A program made the translations under genes and the position numbers. Below are positions 9,771 through 19,078 of a stretch of DNA of 58,298 nt, piece by piece. Origin of the DNA: an uncultured Candidatus Saccharibacteria bacterium (GTDB taxonomy: Bacteria; Patescibacteriota; Minisyncoccia; Phycocordibacterales; UBA5272); contig CAZNVC010000004.1 of the NCBI GenBank assembly GCA_964576685.1, positions 1-58,298 of the forward strand, given 5' to 3'. The notes beneath the pieces were generated by a model. That model did no database searches. It saw nothing but the letters and a program-made list of their open reading frames with translations, and was not told the origin of the DNA. Positions within the stretch are counted from its first letter, which is position 1. Each line of letters begins with the position of its first letter.

Positions 9771-12700
9771 GTGAAAAAAAATATAATTCTTACCATAGTG
9801 TTTCTCGGAATAGTGTTCTCTTTACATACTGCGGTGTTTGCGGATAGTAGTAATGTCATTAGTAACCCCTCCGTCGAAACAGTCTCAACAACAACCCCAT
9901 CAAAACCATATGCATGGTCTAACGGCAAATGGGGGACAAATACTACAACATTTTCATACCCAGTAGCTGGATATGATGGAGCAAAAGGGGTACAAGTAAC
10001 AATGACTGCATATTCAGGTGGTGACGCAAAGTGGTTTCCAAATGATGTGCTTGTAACACCAGGAAAGACATATACGTTTTCCCATGCGTATCTTTCTACC
10101 GCAACTACCTCTATATTGCTTCGTTACACCTCAACTTCTAATGTAGTGAGTTATGTAACCCTTGCCTCAACCCTCCCACCAAGCGCTTCATGGAAAACTG
10201 ATTCATACAATTTTACTGTACCTGCCAACATTAAATCTGTTACTGTCTTTCACGTGTTAGCACGAGTGGGAACTCTTTCTACTGACCTTTACTCAATTGT
10301 TGATCCTTCTCTTATTCCTGTTGATACTACTTCACCAGTTGTTGCGATTGTTGCTCCAGCAAGTAGCTCTACGGTGTCGGGTCTTGTTACTATTACCGCA
10401 TCATCATCTGATAATGTGGCAGTTGCTGGGGTAAAAGTGTATCTTGATAACGTTGCACTAGGAGGAGAAATGACCACTGCACCATATACAACTTCATGGG
10501 ATACCACATTATCAAGTAACGGCCAACACACACTCACTGCAGTAGCTCGTGATACTTCTGGTAACACTGCAACCTCGACACAAGGGGTGGTGGTGGGGAA
10601 TGTGGTTGTGATCGTTCCACCAGCAGTAGGTAACTCGATACTTAACCCCTCCGTCGAAACAGTCTCAACAACAACCCCATCAAAACCATATGCATGGTCT
10701 AACGGCAAATGGGGGACAAATACTACAACATTTTCATACCCAGTAGCTGGATATGATGGAGCAAAAGGGGTACAAGTAACAATGACTGCATATTCAGGTG
10801 GTGACGCAAAGTGGTTTCCAAATGATGTGCTTGTAACACCAGGAAAGACATATACGTTTTCCCATGCGTATCTTTCTACCGCAACTACCTCTATATTGCT
10901 TCGTTACACCTCAACTTCTAATGTAGTGAGTTATGTAACCCTTGCCTCAACCCTCCCACCAAGCGCTTCATGGAAAACTGATTCATACAATTTTACTGTA
11001 CCTGCCAACATTAAATCTGTTACTGTCTTTCACGTGTTAGCACGAGTGGGAACTCTTTCTACTGACCTTTACTCAATTGTTGATCCTTCTCTTATTCCTG
11101 TTGATACTACTTCACCAGTTGTTGCGATTGTTGCTCCAGCAAGTAGCTCTACGGTGTCGGGTCTTGTTACTATTACCGCATCATCATCTGATAATGTGGC
11201 AGTTGCTGGGGTAAAAGTGTATCTTGATAACGTTGCACTAGGAGGAGAAATGACCACTGCACCATATACAACTTCATGGGATACCACATTATCAAGTAAC
11301 GGCCAACACACACTCACTGCAGTAGCTCGTGATACTTCTGGTAACACTGCAACCTCGACACAAGGGGTGGTGGTGGGGAATGTGGTTCCTGATACAACAA
11401 GCCCATACGTGACCCTTCTTTCACCGCTTTCGAGTTCGACGCTTTCTGATCTTGTAACAATTTCTGCATCATCATCTGATAACGTAGGTGTCACAGGAGT
11501 TTTATTCTTTATTGACGGAGTTCAGTTTGGTACTGAAATCACCACGGAACCATATCAAGTGACATGGAACACAGCATCTTCAACAAATGGTACACATAGT
11601 ATTATGGTTTTTTCGCATGACCTTGCAGGGAATGTTGCTACGTCATCAGTGCAAGTAGTAGTAAGTAATAGTACAACCACTCCTCCTGTGAACCTTGTCT
11701 CTAATCCATCACTTGAAACATATGGATCAGATGGTATGCCTATTGATTGGCTAAAAAGTTCATGGGGAACAAACGACGCAACATTTAGTTATACTGCGAC
11801 TTCATCAGAAGGTGCTTCGTCTGGGGATGTAACTATCACCAACTACACAAGTGGTGATGCAAAATGGTATTTCAAAGATATTTTGATAACACCTCTTGAT
11901 GCGTATACGTACAGTGAATTTTATACCTCAAATGTTGACACAGTACTTACGGTGCGTTATACGATGACAAATGGTTCTTTTGTGTATGTTGATATTCCAC
12001 AACCTGCACCAGCATCTCCTACTTGGGTAGCTTACTCAGCGACAATTACTCCACCACTTGGTGCTGTTAGTCTCACGGTGTTCCATAAATTAGCTGCTGT
12101 TGGTTTCTTAGGGATTGATAGTATTTCTTTAATTAAAAATAATCAAGGACCAGTAGACCCTGGGCTCTTTGCACAAGGAATGGTATCTCTTACTCTTGAT
12201 GATGGGTGGTTATCAACGTATTCCAATGCTGTTCCAATACTAAATGCAGCAGGTCTTAAGGGAACATTTGGTATTATTTCTCAAGAAACCGCACAGGCAT
12301 TTCCTGATAATCGTATTGCTAATCCATCGCTTGAAACAGTTGATACAACAGGTACTCCAGTTGATTGGTATGTTAGTTCATGGGGAACAAACAACGCGAC
12401 CTCTACTTTTCCTGTTCCGGGGTACGATGGTGTTAATGCTGCAAAGGTGCAGATTACCGAGTATACAGACGGTGATGCGAAGTGGTATTTTAAGGATGGT
12501 ACTGTAATTCCTAATCAAGACTATACATATAGTTCTTACTATATGTCAGATGCTACGACTACGTTAACCGTGAAGTACACTTACAATGATACTAGTGTAG
12601 CAATGGTAGATTTAGATATAGTTGGACCACAAGCAGCATGGACGCACTATCTAAAAACAATTCATATCCCAGCAAATGTGTATTCGCTCACGGTATATCA

Positions 12701-13280
12701 TCGTCTTACAGGTGTTGGGTCTCTTGCAATTGATAATGTTGAACTCAAGCGTGTACAGATGTATGTGGATCCAACTCAGGTAATCGCATTACAAAATGCT
12801 GGACATGAAATTGCTGCACACACACAAACCCATGTTGCGCTTGCTTCAGTTGCAACATCAACCATGATACAAGAAATTAATGGTTCACGATCTGATCTAC
12901 TTGGAATGGGGGCAACACCAGTTGATACACTCGTGTATCCTTACGGAGATTATAATGATGCGGTGATAGCAGAAGCAAAAAATGCTGGATTTATTGGTGC
13001 TCGTAGTGTGGATCGTGGCTATAATACAAAGACAACTGACAAATATGCTCTTAAGATTCAACAGGTAGGGTCAAGTACAACTCCTGGTGAGATCAAAGCA
13101 TGGATTGATACCGCACTTACACAAAAGACTTGGCTTATTCTCATGTATCATCAAGTTGATACTAGTGGGTTAGATTTAGCACAGACTCCTTCTGACTTTC
13201 AGACAACAGTAGATTACCTTCTCGCTAAAAATGCATGGGTTGTGACGCTCAAAAAAGGAATTACCTTGATGAATCCTTAA
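9771..13280 (+). CDS. Large exported multidomain protein with C-terminal polysaccharide deacetylase (CE4/NodB) domain
   Basis: GTG start and signal peptide ending AVFA. Four NPS[VL]ET...GDAKW[FY] CBM-like modules and three Ig-like modules. NodB motifs LTLDDGW and HTQTH. Confidence 0.8.
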   Translation: MKKNIILTIVFLGIVFSLHTAVFADSSNVISNPSVETVSTTTPSKPYAWSNGKWGTNTTTFSYPVAGYDGAKGVQVTMTAYSGGDAKWFPNDVLVTPGKTYTFSHAYLSTATTSILLRYTSTSNVVSYVTLASTLPPSASWKTDSYNFTVPANIKSVTVFHVLARVGTLSTDLYSIVDPSLIPVDTTSPVVAIVAPASSSTVSGLVTITASSSDNVAVAGVKVYLDNVALGGEMTTAPYTTSWDTTLSSNGQHTLTAVARDTSGNTATSTQGVVVGNVVVIVPPAVGNSILNPSVETVSTTTPSKPYAWSNGKWGTNTTTFSYPVAGYDGAKGVQVTMTAYSGGDAKWFPNDVLVTPGKTYTFSHAYLSTATTSILLRYTSTSNVVSYVTLASTLPPSASWKTDSYNFTVPANIKSVTVFHVLARVGTLSTDLYSIVDPSLIPVDTTSPVVAIVAPASSSTVSGLVTITASSSDNVAVAGVKVYLDNVALGGEMTTAPYTTSWDTTLSSNGQHTLTAVARDTSGNTATSTQGVVVGNVVPDTTSPYVTLLSPLSSSTLSDLVTISASSSDNVGVTGVLFFIDGVQFGTEITTEPYQVTWNTASSTNGTHSIMVFSHDLAGNVATSSVQVVVSNSTTTPPVNLVSNPSLETYGSDGMPIDWLKSSWGTNDATFSYTATSSEGASSGDVTITNYTSGDAKWYFKDILITPLDAYTYSEFYTSNVDTVLTVRYTMTNGSFVYVDIPQPAPASPTWVAYSATITPPLGAVSLTVFHKLAAVGFLGIDSISLIKNNQGPVDPGLFAQGMVSLTLDDGWLSTYSNAVPILNAAGLKGTFGIISQETAQAFPDNRIANPSLETVDTTGTPVDWYVSSWGTNNATSTFPVPGYDGVNAAKVQITEYTDGDAKWYFKDGTVIPNQDYTYSSYYMSDATTTLTVKYTYNDTSVAMVDLDIVGPQAAWTHYLKTIHIPANVYSLTVYHRLTGVGSLAIDNVELKRVQMYVDPTQVIALQNAGHEIAAHTQTHVALASVATSTMIQEINGSRSDLLGMGATPVDTLVYPYGDYNDAVIAEAKNAGFIGARSVDRGYNTKTTDKYALKIQQVGSSTTPGEIKAWIDTALTQKTWLILMYHQVDTSGLDLAQTPSDFQTTVDYLLAKNAWVVTLKKGITLMNP
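9863..11387 (+). repeat. In-frame tandem duplication: 745 bp identical (9863-10607 = 10643-11387), period 780 bp
   Basis: The printed lines at 9901-10560 and 10681-11340 are identical by eye. The duplicate unit is one CBM-like plus one Ig-like module. Confidence 0.95.
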
Positions 13281-13387
13281 AATAAAAATACGTATCAATA
13301 TGTTTTCTATAAAGTGTTGCATCTTCTTTGATATATGTATATAGTAGATATACTACTGTCGCACAGTATTTTTACTTATTTATATTT

Positions 13388-15415
13388 ATGTCTATGCTCA
13401 TTCGTCATCTCACTTGGTATCGAACACTTGCAGTGCTGTTTGTTGTATGTGTGGCAATACTTACATTTACATCAAATAGTGTTTCAGCACTCGGAGGATT
13501 AACTTTTACACAACCGACCGTTAGTTGCCTTAATGGGGTACCTAATGTCTCTCTTTCGTGGTCATCGCTAGGTGATAGCTACACCTACTCAATACAACGA
13601 AAAGTTGGGAGTGCGGATACTAAAAATGGCTGGGGGACAACACTTGTGAGTAAGCTGACAGCGACAACGTATCAAGATAATGAATTCAACTCTCGGTATA
13701 AGAGGGCGGTATATTCATACCGTGGTGTTGCCTACAAAAAAGGTCGCCACGTTGATTCAAATACAATTTCTGTTACTATGCCGGAATGTGCTTCTTCGGG
13801 TACCAGTGTTCCACAAGCAAAAACGGTAGTTACCTCTCCAGTTGTTGTACCAAGTACTTCGGTGACCGCACCAATGTCACAAACAGCCCCACAGCAATTA
13901 GTGACCGCTACAGTATCAAAACAGAATAATCCTCCTGTTGGATATATTAAGCGTCCTACATCTGCGACGAGTTCGGTTATCGCAGGAACAGCGCTTACTT
14001 TTACAGGATATGGAAGTGACAAAGAAGGACCTATAACCGCTTATGAGTGGAGGATGGGGAATTGCTCGACAGGAAATATTCTCTCAACAGATTCTTCGTT
14101 TTCAAAGTCAGATTTTTCACTCGGTACAACGTATGTGTATTTTAGAGTAAAAGATAATGCTGGTGTTTGGTCTACAAACTGTCAGAAGCGAGCTATTATC
14201 GTTACTTCACCTGTTGTACAGACTTCATCAACGGTTCAAGCCCTTTCTTCTGCGAAAAGAGTTCGATCAGTAAATGTGGTTCCTGTTGCAACGATTAGTA
14301 TTCCAACATTAGCTACGACAACAGTAGCATCAGGTACTATGGTTACATTTACTGGAGCAGCAACCGATGCTGATGGAACAATTAGTGCATATGAATGGAG
14401 AGAAGGGAGCTGTTCTGTGGGAAGCCTACTCTCGTATACTGCTACGTTTACAAAATTAAATTTCTCGGTTGGTACTCACCGTGTCTATCTACGAGTAAAA
14501 GATAATGTAGGGGCATGGTCAACGAATTGCCCTAGCCGAACCATTATTGTTACTGCGCCTGTCGTTACTCCGCCACCAACTTCTACTAAGTTCCCTTCAT
14601 GGATGAAGTGGGGAGCGTATGTTGGATGGCAAGATACTGCAATGAGTAATTTTGAGACCCTCACAGGAAAACAGCCTCAAATGGAAGCAGTCTTCACCCA
14701 CTGGGGGAACGATCAGTTCCCAGCATATTACGCACCACGTATTCGAGATAAGGGCCGTACTATGGTGATCTTCTGGGAAGCTCTTGATTATAATCGTGAC
14801 TATTTCAGTCAACCAGAATATTCTTTCGACTCTGTTATTGCTGGTAATATGGACCCTTACTTTAAAAAATTTGCCGCTGACGCAAAAGCTTATGGCGGAG
14901 AAGTGATTATTGCACCATATTCTGAATTTAACGGGGATTGGTATCCATGGGGTGTGTCATTGCCTGGGAATTCTCCAGCAAAGTTTATTCAAGCGTGGAT
15001 TCATATTCGTACTATTTTTGCTGATGTTCCAAATGTTAAGTTTGCGTGGGTTCCAAATAATGACTCAGTACCAGAAGTGTCAGTTAATAATTTTGAGCTT
15101 AGTTATCCAGGCTCACAATATGTTGATATTGTTGGTTTAGACGGCTTCAATAGTGTCCCATGGGAAACATTTGATCAGATGATGGGAACTGAACTTACTC
15201 GACTTAAGCAATATAATAAGCCTATTTATATCCTTTCTATGGCAGCGATGAATGATACAAGAAAAGCTACTTGGATAACTGACGCATTCACCACACAACT
15301 TTACAAGTATCCAGAGGTAAAAGGATGGGTCTGGTTTAATGAAAATAAAGAGCAGGACTGGAGAGTTAATTCAAACCCCCAGTCACTAGAGGCGTTCAAG
15401 AGCATGCTCCCGTAG
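13388..15415 (+). CDS. Exported protein with two PKD-like modules and a GH26-like glycoside hydrolase domain
   Basis: Signal peptide ending SVSA. Repeated AYEWR.G.CS...RVKDN.G.WS modules. C-terminal SEFNGDWYPWG and YVDIVGLDGFN resemble GH26 motifs. Confidence 0.6.
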   Translation: MSMLIRHLTWYRTLAVLFVVCVAILTFTSNSVSALGGLTFTQPTVSCLNGVPNVSLSWSSLGDSYTYSIQRKVGSADTKNGWGTTLVSKLTATTYQDNEFNSRYKRAVYSYRGVAYKKGRHVDSNTISVTMPECASSGTSVPQAKTVVTSPVVVPSTSVTAPMSQTAPQQLVTATVSKQNNPPVGYIKRPTSATSSVIAGTALTFTGYGSDKEGPITAYEWRMGNCSTGNILSTDSSFSKSDFSLGTTYVYFRVKDNAGVWSTNCQKRAIIVTSPVVQTSSTVQALSSAKRVRSVNVVPVATISIPTLATTTVASGTMVTFTGAATDADGTISAYEWREGSCSVGSLLSYTATFTKLNFSVGTHRVYLRVKDNVGAWSTNCPSRTIIVTAPVVTPPPTSTKFPSWMKWGAYVGWQDTAMSNFETLTGKQPQMEAVFTHWGNDQFPAYYAPRIRDKGRTMVIFWEALDYNRDYFSQPEYSFDSVIAGNMDPYFKKFAADAKAYGGEVIIAPYSEFNGDWYPWGVSLPGNSPAKFIQAWIHIRTIFADVPNVKFAWVPNNDSVPEVSVNNFELSYPGSQYVDIVGLDGFNSVPWETFDQMMGTELTRLKQYNKPIYILSMAAMNDTRKATWITDAFTTQLYKYPEVKGWVWFNENKEQDWRVNSNPQSLEAFKSMLP

Positions 15416-15510
15416 TGGACTAGATAAGGCCCGTTTGCCGTTAGAAAATCACTCCTTTACTATTTCTCTTTCTTTTGGCATACTTAGACCTAATTGATTA
15501 CTTCTACTAT

Positions 15511-17205
15511 ATGGCAAAAGAGATACCAACACCAAAGTACATTTTCGTAGTTGGTGGAGTCATCTCTGGAGTTGGAAAAGGGATTACTGCTTCTTCAATA
15601 GCAAAGATTTTACAAGACAGAGGACACACTGTCACCTCAATTAAAATTGACCCTTATGTGAATGTGGACGCAGGAACAATGAATCCAACCGAACATGGAG
15701 AAGTGTTTGTGCTAGATGATGGCTATGAGACTGATCAAGACATGGGGAACTATGAGCGATTCCTTAATACAACACTCCCGAATGATAATTACATGACAAC
15801 GGGGCGAGTGTATCAAGAGGTTATCGAGAAGGAACGCAGTATGTATTACAAAGGGAACTGTGTACAGGTAGTGCCTCATGTTCCAATGGAAGTAATTCGT
15901 CGTATTAAAACAGCACAAAAAAAGGCTCATGCCGAAGTGGTGGTGGTGGAGATTGGAGGAACAGTCGGGGAGTATGAAAACATTCTCTTTTTGGAAGCAG
16001 CCCGTATGATGAAAATAGAGACACCAAATGATGTGGCGTGTGTGGTGGTATCCTATCTCCCTATTCCTTCAACAGTAGGGGAAATGAAGACCAAACCAAC
16101 ACAGCATGCAGTTCGAACTCTCCAGTCGTCAGGACTCTGGCCAGATATGATTATTGCTCGAAGTGCGGTACCACTTGATATAAAACGAAAAGAAAAGCTG
16201 GCATTCTTTTGTAATATTATACCGTCTCGTATCATTTCGGCACCAGATGTGAAGAGTATTTATGAAGTACCTATCAATTTCGAAAAGGAAAAAATTGGAG
16301 ATATGGTGTGTGAAATCGTTGGACTTACAAGTAAGGTAAGTGAGTCGGCTAAGAAGAAGGGTGAAGAAGAGAAGAAAGCATGGGAACTTTTCGTAAAGAG
16401 AGCAAACACTGCAACTGATGAAGTAAACATAGCAATTGTTGGAAAGTATTTTGATACAGGTGACTTCGTGTTAAGTGATGCATATATCTCAGTGATTGAA
16501 GCTATTAAGCATGCTGCATATGCGCTCAATAAGAAGCCGGTGATTACATGGGTAAACTCGGGGGATTTTGAAGGAGAAGAAAAGAGCAAGGGAGACATTG
16601 CTAAAAAATTGAAGACACTGAGTAACTATGATGGCGTCATTGTTCCAGGTGGATTCGGTTCACGAGGTATTAAAGGGAAGTTAGAAGCGATTAGATATGC
16701 ACGAGAAAATAAAATCCCATATCTTGGACTTTGTTATGGTATGCAACTTGCGGTGATCGAGTTCGCTAACCATGTGGCAGGGATTAAAGGTGCAACCTCA
16801 AAAGAGCTTGACGATAAAGCGGAGCATCAAGTAATCACCATCATGGAATCACAAAAAGAGATGCTTAAAGATGCAAAGTATGGAGGAAGTATGCGTCTTG
16901 GTGCATACAAGGCAAAGCTTAAAAAAGGAAGTCTCATTGCAGGCCTTTATGGTGCGCTTGAGGTGAGTGAGCGCCACCGTCATCGCTATGAAGTGAATAA
17001 TGAGTACGTGAAGACACTTGAAGAAAAAGGTTTGGTATTTTCTGGAACATCACCAGATGGACACCTCATGGAGTTCGTTGAGCTACCAAAGCAGGTTCAC
17101 CCGTTTTTTGTTGGTACACAAGCTCACCCAGAATTCAAATCGCACCCATCAGCACCGCACCCGCTCTTTACAGGATTTATTAAAGCAGCAAAAGGTAAGA
17201 AGTAA
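15511..17205 (+). CDS. pyrG: CTP synthase
   Basis: N-terminal synthetase domain (KYIFVVGGVISGVGKG) and C-terminal glutaminase with GLCYGMQ and HRHRYE motifs. ATG at 15511 chosen over the upstream TTG. Confidence 0.95.
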   Translation: MAKEIPTPKYIFVVGGVISGVGKGITASSIAKILQDRGHTVTSIKIDPYVNVDAGTMNPTEHGEVFVLDDGYETDQDMGNYERFLNTTLPNDNYMTTGRVYQEVIEKERSMYYKGNCVQVVPHVPMEVIRRIKTAQKKAHAEVVVVEIGGTVGEYENILFLEAARMMKIETPNDVACVVVSYLPIPSTVGEMKTKPTQHAVRTLQSSGLWPDMIIARSAVPLDIKRKEKLAFFCNIIPSRIISAPDVKSIYEVPINFEKEKIGDMVCEIVGLTSKVSESAKKKGEEEKKAWELFVKRANTATDEVNIAIVGKYFDTGDFVLSDAYISVIEAIKHAAYALNKKPVITWVNSGDFEGEEKSKGDIAKKLKTLSNYDGVIVPGGFGSRGIKGKLEAIRYARENKIPYLGLCYGMQLAVIEFANHVAGIKGATSKELDDKAEHQVITIMESQKEMLKDAKYGGSMRLGAYKAKLKKGSLIAGLYGALEVSERHRHRYEVNNEYVKTLEEKGLVFSGTSPDGHLMEFVELPKQVHPFFVGTQAHPEFKSHPSAPHPLFTGFIKAAKGKK

Positions 17206-17231
17206 AAATAACTTCCAAGACGAAGTGAGTA

Positions 17232-17471
17232 TTATTTTTTTCTCCCCCAATGAATGTTGGCCCAAGCGCGTTCATGGAGGTAATAGAGTACAGTGCTATA
17301 ACTGTTTACAAAGATAACAATACCAGCAGAAAGCGCCATGTCACGTGTAAAAAAATACGCAGCAGCAGAGTCTGCAGTAACACTAAGAACTCGGTAACTA
17401 ATGGCTTTTAATAAGGAACGGGAATGTTTTTCTGCTGATTTATGTTTCATACGTGCTTTGTATGATAGCAA
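17232..17471 (-). CDS. DUF2061-like small membrane protein
   Basis: KAISYRVLS...YYLHERAW pattern typical of DUF2061. Confidence 0.6.
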   Translation of the reverse strand: MLSYKARMKHKSAEKHSRSLLKAISYRVLSVTADSAAAYFFTRDMALSAGIVIFVNSYSTVLYYLHERAWANIHWGRKK

Positions 17472-17623
17472 AATGGGGAAGGAGTAGGAAATGATATTTG
17501 TGGAGAAAGAAAAATGAGGGATGTTAATAGAATAAGTAAAGAAAGTGGTATCAACAAAAATACCCTACTTTCGTAAGATATTCTTGCTCATAGTAAAATA
17601 GTGGAGAGAAATGCCATACGTAA

Positions 17624-18016
17624 CTATTGTGGTTGTAACATACCAAAGATATTTCCTTCGATGTCTTTACAGTACACAAGCCTACCAACCTCTTTAACGT
17701 CCATTGCATCAAGTGCAATTGATCCACCAGCTTGTTTAACTTTTTGGATATATCTATCAACATCATCAACACTTATAGTACATACGAATGCGTTAACCGC
17801 TTGACCGTCAGTAGGGGTTTTCCCTTGTCGTGGGGTAAGACCACCATTAATACCTGGCCATTTCGTGGAAGGGGTATCAATACCTGTAGTTATCATGCGA
17901 TAGTTACCCATAGCAGGACCAAGATCTTGTATATCCCATCCAAAAACATGGTGATAAAACTTCTGCATTTCGTCCAAATTTTTTGCATGAATTTCAAAAT
18001 GTACAACTCTGTTCAT
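17624..18016 (-). CDS. VOC/glyoxalase-family protein
   Basis: 130 aa starting VVHFEIHAKNLDEMQKFY..FGW, a paired beta-alpha-beta-beta-beta pattern. Confidence 0.75.
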   Translation of the reverse strand: MNRVVHFEIHAKNLDEMQKFYHHVFGWDIQDLGPAMGNYRMITTGIDTPSTKWPGINGGLTPRQGKTPTDGQAVNAFVCTISVDDVDRYIQKVKQAGGSIALDAMDVKEVGRLVYCKDIEGNIFGMLQPQ

Positions 18017-18110
18017 ATTGTTTTTGGTTAGCTAATAATTGGGCACACATTCAGTATAGCACTCTGCAAAATCATATAATAAATGGGTAAAAAAGAAGAA
18101 ATGGTCGATA

Positions 18111-18119
18111 TGGTACACT
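18111..18119 (+). promoter_or_regulatory. Extended -10 box TGGTACACT, 6 nt upstream of the ATG at 18126
   Basis: Sequence match. No Shine-Dalgarno. Confidence 0.45.
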
Positions 18120-18125
18120 TCAAAT

Positions 18126-18977
18126 ATGAAGGAATTTCATCCAACAATCGTAGTAACATGTGGGTATTTTAATCCAATTCATCCAGGGCATATTGAGTGC
18201 TTTACACTTGCGCGTGCGCTTGGGGATGAGTTGTGGGTGATTGTTAATAATGATCAGCAGGCAGAGCTTAAACGTAAAGTAAAATCATTTCAGGATGAAC
18301 AATTTAGAATGAATGTGGTTGGTGCTCTTGCTCCCGTTACTAAGACAGTGCTTTCTATCGATACCGATGAGTCGGTAGTGAAGACGCTTGAACACACAAT
18401 AGCACGTATTAGAGAACAATATCCGGACGCAAAGATAATTTTTGCAAAAGGCGGTGATCGATTCGCAGGAAATGTTCCAGAAAAGGAAGTGTGTGATAGA
18501 TTATCGGTCACGATTGTTGATGGTCTTGGTGCGAAGACTCACTCAAGTCGGGATTATGTAACCTTTAAACAGACTGTTGTTGCAGAGAATGAAAATGAAC
18601 GAAAAGAAATTTTGAGCGAAGAAGAAACACTTGCGCTTGAGGTTGGGATGCGCCCATGGGGTCATTATGTGGTGATAGAAGATAAAGAGCGTCACAAAAT
18701 CAAGCGCATTATTGTTGAACCTGGACACAGACTCTCGCTTCAGAGTCATGAGAAAAGAAGCGAGTGCTGGGTGGTAGTGTCAGGGACTGCAACGGTTGAA
18801 GTACAAGGAAAGAAACTTACTGTAAATGAGGGCGAGACGGTAACTATTCCACAAGGAGCCAAGCATAGACTTTCAAATACCACCACAAGTCCACTTGAAG
18901 TCGTTGAGGTGCAATATGGTACATACACAGGAGAGGATGATATTGTGCGATATGAGGATGATTATAAGAGAGAGTAA
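18126..18977 (+). CDS. Fusion protein: HIGH-type cytidylyl/adenylyltransferase domain plus type II mannose-6-phosphate isomerase-like cupin
   Basis: N-terminus GYFNPIHPGH ((H/T)xGH motif). C-terminus RPWGHY...GHRLSLQSHEKRSECW...GAKHRL (cupin metal ligands). Confidence 0.7.
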   Translation: MKEFHPTIVVTCGYFNPIHPGHIECFTLARALGDELWVIVNNDQQAELKRKVKSFQDEQFRMNVVGALAPVTKTVLSIDTDESVVKTLEHTIARIREQYPDAKIIFAKGGDRFAGNVPEKEVCDRLSVTIVDGLGAKTHSSRDYVTFKQTVVAENENERKEILSEEETLALEVGMRPWGHYVVIEDKERHKIKRIIVEPGHRLSLQSHEKRSECWVVVSGTATVEVQGKKLTVNEGETVTIPQGAKHRLSNTTTSPLEVVEVQYGTYTGEDDIVRYEDDYKRE

Positions 18978-19060
18978 TAGAAAATAGTATCAGTATCGTT
19001 TATTTTTGAGTGGGCACATAGAGAAAGACACAGTTTTACTTTTCAGAATTAAAAAAACGG

Positions 19061-19069
19061 TGTTACAAT
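19061..19069 (+). promoter_or_regulatory. Extended -10 box TGTTACAAT, 9 nt upstream of the xfp ATG
   Basis: Sequence match. No Shine-Dalgarno. Confidence 0.5.
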
Positions 19070-19078
19070 GGTTTTTAT

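Noticed and set aside
9863-11387. Diversity-generating retroelement TR/VR pairs, considered for the identical repeats here, for 37501/38711 and for the 157-nt units
   Set aside because: The large repeats are 100% identical rather than differing at adenines. The differences between the 157-nt units are not adenine-specific. No reverse transcriptase or Avd-like gene is in the window.
10289-11494. Antisense ORFs inside the large surface-protein genes (10289-10708, 11069-11494, 33364-33786, 34915-35286, 36318-36719, 37526-37741, 38736-38951 and others)
   Set aside because: They mirror the low-complexity Thr/Ser/Ala-rich sense frames and are duplicated only because the sense genes are. No independent expression signals are present.
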